From: Takakia lepidozioides
Taxonomy: Eukaryota; Plantae; Bryophyta
DNA: 64,000 nucleotides
Assembly: GCA_030704615.1 (NCBI GenBank)
Contig: CM060733.1
Location: forward strand, 7,192,001 to 7,256,000
Direction: 5' to 3'
Part shown: one piece after another, positions 22,201 to 36,308 of the stretch
Layout: every line of letters starts with the position of its first letter
Position numbering within the stretch: the stretch's first letter is position 1
Translations under genes and position numbers: made by a program
The notes under the pieces: model-generated
Seen by the model: the letters and a program-made list of their open reading frames with translations, nothing else
Databases searched by the model: none
Told to the model about the DNA's origin: nothing

Positions 22201-25200
22201 TTAAACCCTGCATATTTCATGTTCTTTTCATGTTCTTTTCTTCAAACTGAGCCAGCAACTGGTTGCATGTACGTGGACAATGCTACATTAAGCGCTTTCC
22301 GATTTGTTCCGTAGCTTGGTCTCATCATTCTCATTGAGAAAAAGACATTAGCATTCAGTTCTGATGGTCAGATAGTATGTGTCCAGAGTGGGAAAATCAT
22401 TTTTGCCATTGACTCAATTCTAGAGTAGAGTGTAAGCTACTTCCAAGCATTCAAGGAGCTGTCAAGAGCAAAGATATTGATCTCTTAATTCCATACAAGA
22501 GGAATGAACCTTGTAAGCTAGCAACACCTTACTTCCCATGAGGCATTCCCTCAGGACAAGCTTAGGAACAACTTACATTCCAAGATTCGATACAGCCTAT
22601 CTGCAGTCAACCAAAAATCTCTCTAACAAGGCACCATGCATTCGACTGGGGCTCTGACATGGAGAAAGATCATGTTGTAAGGATTGCTGGACAAGATTAC
22701 TGATATGATGCTTACAGGATCTCAAGGCTGTGAATGCTGGCAAACGATGTGGGAATAGTCCCTCCGAGACCGTTTCCATCCAACGACCTGCGAGAAGTAA
22801 CCATCATATATATCTCTTCAGTTCAGTTGGTCAGATCAGTAAGGATAGTGGTCTCCGGTCAGTGCCTTCTATCCCCCATCCTTTCTCTCTGTACGAGCCT
22901 GGCGAGGGTCCATGGACAGAAGGCTATGGTAAGAAAACTATTCACATCTCTCAATTGCTAATGTGTTGTTTGAGCATTGAATAGTTCTTTGGATCATAAT
23001 TTGGTTGTTAGCTGTTCTACGTCTGTCACTTGGGCCCTTTGGCCTCCTGCGTACATAAGCAAATTCATTCAGTCTTTCAACCCCACATCATACCCCACCT
23101 CTATGATGTCCTATCATCCCAGATCCAAGTTGACCAAGGAACTGGCCTCTTCAGCCTTCTGCTTCCAAATGAGTAAGCCACACAAATGTATCACAGTGCT
23201 GTCAAAAAGTTTAGGAGTTACAGAAAGCCACTTACAGGCTGACAATGGACTGCAGGTCGCCAAGGGTACTGGGAATTGACCCTCCCAGGGTGTTATTTCC
23301 CAAATCCCTGTATGAACATCACTTCATAAGTTAATGTTCATCTCTCCCTCTCTATGTTCTTTTATTACTATCATGCAAAGGGAAGTTCGATTCTTCAAGT
23401 TTAATCCTTCTACTGACCAAGTTTTTGGCAAAGGCAATAGTTTGATTCCTCTTTACCCCAAACCCCCAAGTTTCTTAGCTCCATGGTGGAATCAAGTAGG
23501 AGATTGTACTCATAAGACGTTTGCCGTAGCCTTGTGGTCATTGACCCCGCGCCCAGTTTGAGCGGGAAAATCAAGTAGGAGAGACGATAAGAGTGGGGTA
23601 CATACATAACTTGGAGAGCCTTCAAGCCATCCACTGTATCGGGAATGTTTCCAGTCAAGCTACAATTGCGGATCCGACTGCATCCACAGATATTCAAGCT
23701 TAACAAATGCATCTGGGCCTGCAGATGCTTATTTTGAAACCGACATTTCAAACAGCTTCATTTCAGAGATTTTGTCTTCATCTTCTCCCTATGCATGCAT
23801 TGTCAGCCTTTTACATTCTGGAAGTGGCACATGTGCGCTTCAGATAAGTTATGAGAGGTTAGGCTTTTTGTTTCCAAGCGAATCCTTAAGGCTTCCTTTT
23901 TAATTGCCTTTCGTGATCTCTGATTTTCTTGGGTTATTTGGTGCCGTGTGATGTGAACAGGTGCCCCCCTCTTAGGGGAAAAAAGAAAAAAGAGGGGGAG
24001 AGAGCAAGAATCACATAGATTTCCTTTGATAGTGCATCATGTTGACTTACAGATCTGTGAGAGTACCCAAGTTGCCGTAGTTGGGGGGCAGGGATGTGCC
24101 TATAGGATTATTGTCAAGCTTCCTGCAGTTCCAACATAATCATTCCAGATCAAAGAGATGGAAGATACATCATAGAAAGCATTCCCACTCTCTTTCAACG
24201 CCAATCCTGTCAATGTTTGCAATAAAGCACCATGTCCAGAAGTATTTGGAAAGGCAAGTACTGCGCAAGTGTTGCTACTGCCTGCAACCTCCTTCTATTT
24301 TGAGAAATTGGTAAAAGGGAAAGCATTAAAGTAAGACTTACAGCTGCAGAAGGGAGGCCGAGTCTCCTAAGTCTGTTGGCAGTGGACCCGTCAAGAGATT
24401 GTCATTCATCATGCTATGCAACAGAAGATACCACCAGGTTGAACTTGTGAGAAAGGAATATTGCAGGTTCTTCTCTTCTCTATCTATATCTACCTGAACT
24501 CGCTGTGTTTCCAATAACTCACATAAATGGTGGTTCTATGCCAATGTAGCAACTGTGAGAGTCACCCAGCTCATCTCGCTTGATAGATTCTCCTTCCCAT
24601 GATCCAATTTTTCAGCTTCCCACTCACTTTTGAGATTGTCTAGATTGTTTGTTGCTAGTTCTTGCTACATTCCTTATTTCTTGTATCCTGCTTCCTTTTG
24701 TTGCTCTCTGAGCTTCCCCTGGATGTTATCAAGTCACTTTCTTCAATAAGCGCAGAACCCTTACAGGTGGAGGAGTTTCGGAAGCTGTCCAAGCCCCTCC
24801 GGGATAGGGCCTGTAAACTGGTTGTGATCCATGTGGCTGCACCCATGAAAACAACCCTGTCAGGGCAAGAGTCACATCACACAGGGATGCATGCATACCT
24901 GTTTCTATCTATCCCAACAGATGCTGTGGTCTCAAAGCATTGCACCATGGAGAGAGGTATAACAAGAGAAATGTTAGAAAAAGAGGAAGGGAAGTCTCGT
25001 ACAAATGGCCAATCCCAGTCAAATTGCCAAAGGTGGCTGGAATAGGCCCACCAAGTAGGTTGTCCTCACATGCACTGCACAAAATGCAACACCCATGGTT
25101 AACTCAGAAATTGCAACCTCCTGTTTCACGAACAGCTGATCATGTGTCCAAGTCTTCTTTGATGGATAGTGATAGATATACTGGAGTTACCAGTATCAGA

Positions 25201-27290
25201 GTTTCTAAGAGGATATAAGCAAAGTCTATCTTTTCACAAGCTTCTACTCATAAACATTTCAGGTCTCTCTAGGAAAAATTAATTTCGGACTTCCAGGAGC
25301 AAATCATTCACAGCCAGCTAAGAGCAACAGCCTTCTAGACAGTAACAGGACATTGCAGCTCTTTCTTATTCCCACGGATCACACCTCATAGGTAAGCCCA
25401 ATCCAGTTAACCAGTACACATCTATCCTTCTCACAAAAACATGGCAGGAGAGGTGAGGCAGCATGCATGAGATTTTTGACAGAAGTGGTGGGAAGCAACT
25501 CACAAAAAAAACATGTTAGGTAGATTGCCCAGCTCAAGAGGGAGGGTTCCTGTCAGTGAGTTATTCGTCAGTCGCAGGAAATTTATGCTTCGTAACTGCC
25601 CGAGTACTGCCGGTACTTCACCTGTGAGCTGATTCGATTGAAAATCCCTGCATCACATCAAACAATGGTGAATCACTTGGACCAAGACAGATGTCTCACA
25701 GATAGTGCTAAGGCAACTATCTACATGGATGGTGTAAAAAGCGCAGGTGGTTTCCTTCCTTCAGCACCGGTCAGCAGAAAAATCACACTCGACTGTAATT
25801 CAGTTTGGTTTGGAAGTAAAATATTGCTACCTGTGACTGCCACAAGTTTACTAAATGTTAATTAAAATGAATGCAGGCCACGCTATTTTCCAACTACCAA
25901 CTGGGGTACATCCATGAATATATTGGCCTACACCCTTTACACGGAGGATAAATACATCATTTATCCTGCTTTTGCAGCCAACTTCTACTTATTGTAGTAC
26001 AAGGAGGGTGAAGTATCACCACAAAATTTTCACCATTTGAAGTCTTTCATGCCAGCAGGTAAATGGCCAAACTTCTTGACACACATTCAGCTCACAAACG
26101 ACTAGAATAATGCACACCTCCCTGTTTATTATGTTACTAAGGATACAACAAGTTGACATACAGTCTAGTGAGGTTTGTAAGATTCCCAATCCATATTGGA
26201 ATGCTCCCGCCAAAGTAGTTGTTTCCAAGATCCCTACAAAGCCCCATCACCCACACAAAACTCAGCATCTGAATCAGGATGTGAGGAAAACATGTAACCT
26301 CTCTATGTCCAACCCCTTTCTTGTCCCTCAATCTCCTAAAAAATATTTGTCTCCGGATGCTGCTCTACCACTTTGAACTGAGTGTGCACTGCGGATTATC
26401 CATACTGACCACAAATATTCTCACAGTAGATGTAGTGGCAAATTCTCACGTCCTCACTTGGAGAATCTCAAGACACTGCCTGAAACTGTGGCCATCCTTC
26501 AGTCAGTTTCATGTCAAAATCATGCTGTGGTGAGTGCCAAAGCTAACAGCAAGGGATGGTCTACTGAATGCACCTTTTCAAAATTCCCATAGCACTTAGT
26601 GGTCGAGGTAGATGATAATACCCTATGGCAACATCTGCGATCAGCATTAATATGTAACCATTCACAAGATCAATGACTAAACTGACCACTTTGTAATGTG
26701 ACCTGCATGGTGCTTCAACAGAGACTGAATGCATTGCTGCTGATGAGAGAACGCTTACAGAGTCTCGAGGTCTCTCAGATCTTGTAGTGAAGAGGGAATA
26801 TTGGGAGCACCCAGCTGAAAATTCGCTAGATACCTGCTTGCTTGCACCACCAAAATAACTTCATCACAACATTCTTCCAAACTGAATTTGCACTCGCAAA
26901 CCAGTTAAGAATTTACTGAAGGAAGTTTTAAGTAGCTAGCGGTGATCCCTTACAACCTGAGCCTTAGCTTCCTCTCTCCACTGTAGATTAGCCGAACCAA
27001 CTTTCACAACTATAACTGTACTACTTAAGTCCGTAGCTGCAAATGACAGTATTTGACACTGTGATTCCAGCTGAGGAACCAATGGGAGGTTGAGAGTGAA
27101 GGGAAAAGGGCTGTACGCAAGGCAAGTGGGCAGATACATACAAGTGTCGAACATATTTGTTGAGATTGTCGGAAGTAGTCCCATTGCAATCCACACCAGC
27201 CCAGCCATTATCACAGGGATCGCCTACCCAGTTGGCAAGCATGCCCATGGGGTCGGTCACATACCCTTTAAAGGAAATCAGTGCAACCTC
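16257..27290 (-). CDS. Multi-exon LRR receptor-like Ser/Thr kinase (LRRNT, ~12 LRRs, Cys-rich plus SEA-like module, TM, RD kinase); LRR-VIII-1-like architecture
   Basis: LRRNT exon ALISFK...[18 protein letters not shown] (~27146-27290). One-LRR ~72-nt exons, e.g. [36 protein letters not shown]. Ectodomain YGNPLC...CICP...[38 protein letters not shown]. Kinase [56 protein letters not shown]. The start codon and signal-peptide exon were not resolved (upstream of 27290). Confidence 0.93.
23504..23568. repeat. Dispersed ~60-nt element copy
   Basis: tgtactcataagacgtttgccgtagccttgtggtcattgaccccgcgcccagtttgagcggg, flanked by duplicated aatcaagtaggaga. Confidence 0.8.
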
Positions 27291-29399
27291 TGCAACAAAA
27301 CATAACAAATTCACCCCCAGGAAGTCGAAAATTAGAGATCTGCATTAACAGTTCAGGGGTTGCAAGAGGAAGGCCGGCTGCTGGCATTACACTGTCTGGT
27401 AGACTTGAAAGGCCATAATCTAGAGTAAAAAGACAGCACTGTAGGGAATAGTAGAAATTACTGCTTGGTCACATGGAATGTACTATCTTGAATAGTAATG
27501 TGGGTTTCCCTCCCGTGGAATGTCCTGTTTCAGACGCTGATACTTCCCGGTACGTAGTCTACTCTCTCTCTCTGTGATTTGGAGCCCCCTTCCGACTGAA
27601 TATGAGCCGGAGTCGCATTTCAGCCCAAGCTTCTCCAGACCATCCTCACAGATTGATGAGCCAAGAACGCCAAGGAAGCGTGTACTCTCTCTCTCTCTCT
27701 CGCTTTTATCTTACACCATGTACTATTACCCTCCGGACCCCCTGGACCTGACTCTTCTGCATTCTTCGGTAGTTTACGGGGAAGAAGTACGGGGCAGAGG
27801 ACTTCCAAGATCCGACAACCCATGCAGCTCACTGTGGCGACTGCTGTGGAGCCCAGCAGACGAGCCTCCTCTGAGAGAAACTATTATAAATTAAAACGCG
27901 CTCTAGCAGAGTAGGAAAACGAAGGCTCCACGTACTCCATATCTAAAAAACTCGAGTATCATGGAGCCCTGCGTCACACATGAGAGTGGGAGTGGCACGA
28001 GGGGGAAGAAAGACCATCAGCTCCTCCTCTGTCGGAACCCATCCTCCCACAGAAATCTTGGATGGCGGAGGGGTGCGATGCAAAGTCCCCTCTGACTGAA
28101 TCGATCAAATTTTAGGCTACAGTTTCTGATTTAGCTAGAGTTGAAGGACGAGATCCTCACATGGTCCTTCGGACCCGCATGACCAATCCCAACCAACCCA
28201 CTTCCGCGCCTTGTTCGTGCAGTCCAGTCTAGTTAGTCAGATATCGAAGTAAGAGAAGAAGAAATGGGCATGCGTGTACATACTCTCGTGAGGGACAGTT
28301 GAAGCCGCAAGAGTCGTGAAGAGTGTGAAAAGACAGACCACCCGGAAAGCCACGCCTCTGGACTTCGGCTCTGCCATCCCTTTGTGTGTCTCCATTCGAG
28401 CTCAGAACTGTAGAGTAGTTGGTGATATGAACTCAAGCATATCAAGTAGGAAAATACAAGGACTGATGGATACTGTATCCGGGCAGGATTAAATGAAATA
28501 CAATACCGTCCATCTAGTGCTTCAACATTGTTCTACTAAAGTACGATTTACTGTATTTAACGTGGAAGTGTAAGATCGTGCGGAGGTTGGGCTATCACCG
28601 AAAGGCACCAAAGGCGAGCTCTTTGTACATAGCTATGTCTGTAACTCAATTCTGATCCTAAGAAACCGTCACGGACTACCAGCATTGGGACGACTAAAAT
28701 CCTGAGGTTTAGTGCTCACAGACTCTAACGAACGGACAGGGAAGATGAGCCAAGTAGGAGATGGGCATGGAAAGAAGGACACATCAGAGTGCCATGATTG
28801 TTGCAGATCCACCACGAGACGGAGGCAGCTCAACTAATTTCCCCAAACCTTGATATTCACGACAGTACCCCATCAATCTATATCTTGAAAACTCCAAGAC
28901 TTGAAAAGTCTAGTTCGGAAAACCTTGCGAATGATGCAGGCACCAGCTGCGAGAAAACTTGACTTAATGGAGCTTGTAGTACCTCAGATCTCAGTACACT
29001 AATAGAACGCCAATGGGACCTGGCAGCCAAGAAATTCAGTAAACTTTCACGGATTCCGACAGAGAAAAAGTGTTGGGGACACAGTGGACGATCATACACA
29101 GAGGGAGAGCGACAGCTCGAGATGATACACTCGCACGTCTGTACTTCCAAGAATTCTGCACGGTCCTAAGAGAATACTTAGACAGGCATAAGCACAAGAA
29201 AAGCTTTATCTAACATCCAGCTCGCATTGATGTAGCATGCAAGAGCGGTGCGGGCCTAGAGATACTTAGTCCATCACGCAAAAGAGCGAAGGAGAGCGAA
29301 GCACGCACACACTCTCTCTCTCCCCCGAGTCCCGACACAAGGCGAGAAGTTGGTGCGCTGTTAATACACTGCAGTCGTCGAGATGTGACAAGCCTTTCC

Positions 29400-30400
29400 C
29401 TGCACGCTAACACACTCCCCGGCTGACTGCCTGGGCAGGTCGCCTTGCGGGATCGAATCACGTGGCCGTGCGACTATCGTTCATCCAACCTTTTCGGTCA
29501 CTGTTTTCGGACAGTGTTCCCAATAATCCATCCATCCGTCCGTCCATACCAACGTGACAATTGAATGAACAGCGTGCAGTAATCACGCAATAACACCGTT
29601 TCACCGACTAATCCGGTAACCGGCTAGTACCGGTTTCCCAAAGGGTGGAATACCGGAATATCCCGTAGTCACGTAGTTGGACAGGGTCGTCTTTCACCTG
29701 CCACCCAACGCTTCAACGGGTTTCGTAGGGTCCACCCGGTGGCCATTACTATTACCGTGGACGACATCAGCGGACGGCAGGACAGCACGTGTAATTTCGC
29801 AGGACTGGCACGTGGAATATAGGACGCGGACTACAAAATGCCTGCAGCGCCTGCGCAGAGTGAGCTGTTACAGTGCAACGGATGGAGGATCTCATCCACT
29901 CAGACGAAAAAGGTAGACGAAGTCAGTTTGGATGCGGGCGTCGGTCGCTCCACGTTAGCCGGACTGGAGGCGTCAGTCTCGACGCAAGCGCCGGTCCGGC
30001 CTCTCTGACGCCCGAATATATAAAATAGGTCTGGGCTGACGAGGACTACCGTCGTCGGGCGCACGGACGGCGTCAGAGCGTCCTGACGGACGGCGGCCGG
30101 ACGGGGGCCCGTTTGTGGATAGCCCGTGGCAGGGACCGTTAGTGGGTGATGATAAGAGGGCGGCGATTGGATGAGCATGGATGGGACAGCGCGGCCGTCC
30201 TATGGGCGCCTTCTCGTTCTGTCGACAGCATTCAGTTATCCAATCGGAATTCATCCATCGCTGGGGCTAGCCCTGACCGCCAACCGGGGCCAGCCGGTGC
30301 GTGCAACGGGGAGCAGCGAGGCGGCCACGAGGGCCCCGTTGTCGCGAATCACAGCGTGCCTACGTGGCGCGGCCGCGCACAGTCACATTTATAGTATAGG
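29400..30400. promoter_or_regulatory. CpG-rich island with G-box/ABRE cluster upstream of the LRR-RLK
   Basis: High CG density relative to flanks. CACGTG at ~29459, ~29786 and ~29809; ACGTGGC at ~29460 and ~30362; TATA-like ATATATAAA at ~30017. Confidence 0.4.
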
Positions 30401-31314
30401 CTTTTGCTTTCCGTTTGTCCGATTAACTTATTCCATTTGTTTCTGGACCGTTGAACGCTCTTGCTTTTTGACGTCGGGACAAACTTAGGTCGTTCATTCA
30501 TCCACTCTCTCTCATCCCCTCCATTATTAGGTCAACGATAAATTCAAAAATTCGAAACCGGTTTGACATCTTGCCGGGTAAGTTTTGTCCTCATTTCCGA
30601 AATCATTGTGTCCACAATTTATTTTTATTTTCCAAGGAAACCCGACCGCCGCTATTATTATTTTTTATTTCTATTTATGGAAGAAAAAATACTTTCACGT
30701 TGCAGATAATAAAAATGAATGATAAGTACTAGAGAATCCAAGGCACCAATGACGTGCACATTCACATTCTGCTTCCACACATCTCCTCTCGACACGTGCA
30801 ATAGATCATCCACACAACTGGATGGACAATGTCGGCAACGGGACAGTTATGGCAGTTGGTGGGGTACATGAGAAGGGCACATGAGACAGAAGAGCTGCAG
30901 TCTCAGTGAAGGGGCTGGCAAGTGAAAGAAGACAGAAATTAGGGTTTCTCCAAAGCTGGTGGATCACATACTTGGTGATGCACCAGGAGTGCAGTAGAAT
31001 ATGCAAATGGGGAAGCAAGCTTCAAAACAAACCAAAAATAAATAAAAATAAAAAGGTGGAAGCACAACACCATTGTGCTGGTTTTCAAGAGCTCAACCTA
31101 CTTGCTAGCATATAACCTTGTGCTAGCAGTTGGCAGGCGATTGAAGCCTTCAAGGACATGGATGATATGGGCAGGTAGGTACTTGGGAAGCAGAGAATGA
31201 ACCCAGCTTTGTAAACAACTTTGATGGCAACTCTGGGACAGCTTTCAAATTGACTACCTTGTAATAATGAATAAGGTTGTTTATAAAAGTTTTGAATGGG
31301 ACAGCAACAGTTAA

Positions 31315-34300
31315 TCAATGAATGGGTCTTTTATCTTGGCTTTCCGCACTTTCTATGCCAACCTGAACCTGGTGGCGCTTTAATGCTACCACATTCACCC
31401 GACATCTTGAGCACCGAAAGTGGGCATCGGCGAGAGTTCGGGTCCGCAGACAAAAGTAGCAAAAGAGGTGCCTGCATGGGAGTACCATGTATGGTACTGT
31501 GATAGGGCATGCCTCACAGATAGGACATGCGTCTTCTGGCAGACTGGCTGCTGCTGACGCCTCCCCGTTGGAGAATGGAAACATGAGTACCTTTTTTATC
31601 GTCATCACATTGAGAAGCGGGAGGACGAGTAACAACGATTCCTGAAGGGAGAACAAGATTGTTGTTAGTGACACTTCAACCCACACAATACAGTTTCTCA
31701 CCTCTGAAGCTGCAAAATCAAGGGGAATGCAAATGACGGAAATCTTGAAACTCAGCCAGGGCAAAAAATATCCTAAAATCAGTATCAAGATATCTCCATA
31801 TTGCACACATTGAAGGTAACCAAAAGCAGAGCAAAAAAAAAATGTGCTCGTAAGCTGGGATGCTTTGCCATTAAAACTGATGCTATAACGCAAGAAAGTG
31901 GGGCATCCTGTAGCTATCTCACAGCCAATGACATGCTGAGAACAAAAGAAACATCCGTGGGTCCCCAGGGCACCTACAATTTCTGCTTAGGACCACCTGA
32001 CCCCAACCAAAGTCCAAGACTACCGAAAGCTTTTAGGGAAAGTCCACAATGGCCAAAAGAGAAAACATTCACTGCATTCAAAAGGTGAGTCAGTACATAC
32101 CGAGAACTCGTGCCAGACCAGTTGGCGGTTCATATACTCAAAGCTCACAGCACGATTCATGTGAGCCCTTTGGTATACTAGCCGTGCTCTCAACAGCCTT
32201 TCCACTATGCTTGGATATCTGCAATACCACCCCAAACTTCTGATCAACACCTAGAAAACAACCTCAACTGTTGATAGGCCATGACAAACATCACTCTGGA
32301 TCGGTGTCTTAGAACTCAAGAAAACCAGAACGACAGAAGGCCACCAGATCAGGACCAGACAAGTGCCTAGAATGACTGTCCCTCTCGAGCACCTAAGTTC
32401 CCATGATCCGTCGACTGAAATGAGTGGAACCACCCTCAATGGAAAACAACATAGCATACCTCAATCACTGTAGCATATACTGAAAGCCTCTAGTGTCCAC
32501 TCGTGGACAAAATCTTTGAACAGCAGAACAATAACGAAGAATTGCATTTCTGGTGTAATTGTCAGAGCTTCCAAGTAAGCTGGCATGGGTGTACAAAAGC
32601 CTTGTCAGCTATGAGAGTGACAACAAGGAAAGAAGAGATGGATTACCTGCCAGTGTAGAGAAATAAGAGGAGGTTGGCAAAACTTGCAATCTTGTACATA
32701 CTCTCTGCCCTCTGCAGTAACCCCCATGCACGACGTGCCCACGAGCTCTGCCAAAAGCATTCCAGTGTCACTAACCGGTCCCAATAGTAACCGGCGGAGG
32801 CCAAAACTTTAAAAATTGATGTAGACAACCCAAGTGAGTGCAACTAAGAATGTTGAAGTCAGATGCCAAAGGTGAATCCTGGGTATAGACATTGAGTGTG
32901 CCCAGAGGAAGTGAAGTGGCAGGAGACAGAAAGAGAGTTATGGCCTAATGGTCAACATGCATCGGCACTCTGTCCTGAATGACCAGTATCACAGCATTCC
33001 AGCAGGAGAAATTGCAACTGTTCACAGATAGACCGAACTTTTCAAGCTGTTCACTAGCTTCCCATTAGATTTTCTCTCCTCTATGATGTAGATAGTGGAA
33101 AGTGGGACCTGAGAGTTATGAGAGGTGATTTTGAAACTGCTACTTGCCCTTGGACTTTTATGAGACAGAGAGATACATCTTAGGAACACCTGAGGGATTA
33201 TCCGGAAACCAGGGTGCATATTTACTGATAATGTTGTCTACATTCATAGAATTATCCGCATATCCAGAATGTACTAGGGTAGCCTGTGCCGTTGGCCCAT
33301 GTGTGAAGAATTGAAATCTAAGACTCCCATGTAGAGGCCCAAGTGCGACCTCCAGTGTAATTCCAACACTTAATTTTGTAATTTAGTTGAATCAGCGACC
33401 AAAATTGTTCATATTTCTATAATTCTCGGCCCGTAGATCCAAATTTTGTGAAACCAAGTCGGTGCACCCCTACTCATCGAGGGCTTTCCAACGGTACTAA
33501 AATCGTGGCCAAAGGCCCCGCAGTTTGGGAGATCTCAACGACACTACAAACAATATTGTGAACACCAATATTTTTAAAAAGCCCAATTTACATTTACGTC
33601 CACATGCACAAGAGACAAATGAAGGGCCAATCATTGTTGCAGGAAAGCCCACTTCGCTATTTTTCACGAATTTCTGGCAACCAAAAGTACTTGAAATTCC
33701 ATATCTCCCACACCGCAGGTCCAAGAATCATGAGACCAAGCAGGTGCACCCCTCCTCATCGAGGGCTTTCCAACGGTACCAAACACCAGGATTGGGGCCC
33801 CGCGGTTTGGGAGATCTCAACGCTACAAAACAAAACAAACAAACAAACAAACAAACAAACTACCTTGCTTCACATATTGATTATGTGGCAGTCATGTGCT
33901 TGTTAGGGAAAACACACATACCCGTTCTCTGTCACCCCAGCGTTGGAAGGCTGAGACAAGCTGCAGTCGAGCCCAACCATACCGGCCTCCCACCATAGCC
34001 AGACAATAGCAGAGCTTCTGCAGCCTTGTGAGTCCCGGCCCCTCCAGCCCCATTCTCACTGTATCATAGGAAGGCCAGTCCAACGGTATTAACCAGAGAC
34101 TCCTCACAACATCAGATTGGGCTTATGTAGATGTCAAAAGTAAAAAGACATTCCGGAGTGATGACATGGGCTCCATATCTAAAGTTTAGTGGCAATACCT
34201 TGAAGGAGATCCCAAACCCTACTTATCTAACAAGCTCTCATTGCAGCTTACACTTTCTTCCAAACCTCACGACATTTGCCCATGGCTTGAATAGACTGAG

Positions 34301-35900
34301 AAAACACCTTATGTCAGCTACACTTATGAACATACTTGATGAACACAAACATACTGCAAACCCTGTGAGCAACTTGCACCCCACCGTGCAGCAATTTTTT
34401 CACTTTAAAGCGCAGGGTAAGCAAAGACACCAAACTATGAATTGGGCCCAGGTGTCGATGACTAACCAAACATACCTTTGCCAGCGGCCAGAAGGGACTG
34501 AAAGGATCGCTCATCCCTGTAGCGCAGGTTCATGAGACCATTGCCAGGAGTTGGGCGATCGACCCAGACAGAAAAACGCCAGACAAGAAACTCCAAAAAA
34601 GCATTCAGCTCTGGTTCATAACGCAACAGCAGACCTGGCTGCACAGAACCCAACACTCATTGGTCATCTGCAAATGGCAGGATGGATGACAGAAGTGACT
34701 GGCCACATTGCTTGCTGATCTAAGAATTTTACCTGTGCCAGTGAGAAGACCTTCATGAGCTGCTCTCTGAGCATTGCCGTCATCTCCACGTCAAGTCTTG
34801 CAGCATCAACTTGGTTCACTCGCAAGATGGGCACTGCTGGAGGTCTCTGTGGCACAAACAATTACAAAGTTACCAGACTTGCGGTCTGTTGTTCAAAGGG
34901 CAAACATAATCATCATGAAGGTACACTACACCATGATGTCCTGTACCCTCAGCTATTCTCCAGTGTCCATTTGGAATAGAGTATACAAGGCATGGCCACC
35001 CTTCCCAACAATGCATTCATCACTCAAAGTTTCGGTGGCTTCCATGAATTCACTAGATGACCAATCCAACACCAAACACCAAACCAGGGAGTTATTGCTT
35101 TCTCCTACTGAGCCCCCCTCTCCCCAGCCAAAGAATCACAAGTGCACATTCAAGCTCGAAGCGACACAGCTTATTACTATTCGAATCACAGCTCCAGGTG
35201 GGAAGATCTTTTTGGGACTTGTTGCTGCTTCCAAGTGGGAAAAGTGCTGTCGTTGTGTTCAGATCCCTCGCACCATTTCTGAGTATGTGAGACACAGCCC
35301 TGGGTTCTCGACCAGCAAGCTTGAAGATGAATTTATATATTATGGAACCTAGTGAAGATATTTGTGCGAGACATTAAATAGTATCAAAGCTAGCACACCG
35401 CCCAGTTCCGAAATCACCCAATAAATTACTCTGTGACAGATCCAAAATTTTCGAGAAGATCGAGTTTCCATTATGGGGTCGAAATTTCATTACTCCATAG
35501 GATGAGCTGATCCAGGTCTGGCAGTTCTCCAAGGCCTGCGGATATGGGTCTTTCGAATCTATTGCTTCCCATCTGCCGAACTGATAGCTTCTGAAAATCC
35601 CCTGGAAACAAGTCCAGGGCCACGCCTGCTAGCTGGTTCCCTTGAAAACTGATATACTCTAATCCTGCCGTTTTCCAAGCTCCGGCCAGCTGGTTGCGTT
35701 GAGCATCTTATTGCTTAAATCCAGCCTGTGATGAGAACTACCTTTAATGAGAGCCTGATTTGATTCCATCGAGGAGCCACAGCAAGCCAAGCCTGTCGCC
35801 AAGCATCTGCTGAAGGAGGTCCACTCGCTCCCGCCATCGATGAAGACGCCTGCTGTGTTGCATCTAGGTTGATTGCCGCTTGTAAGCGGTCTCTGTCCAT
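31315..35900 (-). CDS. PEX2: Peroxisome biogenesis factor 2 (RING peroxin), 7 exons
   Basis: Exons encode ILRVNQVDAARLDVEM, RYEPELNAFLEFLVWRFSVWVDRPTPGNGLMNLRY, YCLAMVGGRYGWARL, NLLLFLYTGRYPSIVERLLRARLVY, RAVSFEYMNRQLVWHEFSE and the RING CPIC...PCRHLFCYFC...CSRC. Start ATG is at 35900 or 35837. Confidence 0.95.
33455..33822. repeat. Two copies of an ~85-bp TE-like motif in a PEX2 intron
   Basis: ccaag..ggtgcacccct.ctcatcgagggctttccaacggtac...ggccccgc.gtttgggagatctcaacg at ~33455-33540 and ~33736-33822, followed by an (AAAC)n tract. Confidence 0.8.
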
Positions 35901-36308
35901 CCTTTTCTTCCTTCAAACGCGTTCATGAAAACAAACTAAAATTCTCCCTTCCTCCTTTCTCTCTCCCTCTCTCTCGATGCAAGCATTGCAGAAACACTTT
36001 CGAGGACCTAAACAAGCGAATGTCCATGAAAATGCAACACCTGGGTCACAAATCTACCAGCAGCAGAGAAACCCTACAACTACCAGCAGCTGAAGAACGA
36101 CACGACTATTATGCGGGGCTTTAGGGCTGCCGGATAGGACGAAATATCCTGGGATCCAAGACGGAGAGTGCCCTTTATGATCGTGAAGATCAGGGAATTC
36201 CCTCTCGATGAACAGAATATCCTCGATTCTATACATCCCTCAGGCGACAAATCCCAAGAGCGATGGAGATTGCAATCGGATCGGAGAACACAGAGAGGAG
36301 AGGGATCC

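Noticed and set aside
22577-23070. Possible extra RLK exon(s) in this intron
   Set aside because: No LRR consensus, and stops occur in the candidate frames. The flanking LRR exons join without it.
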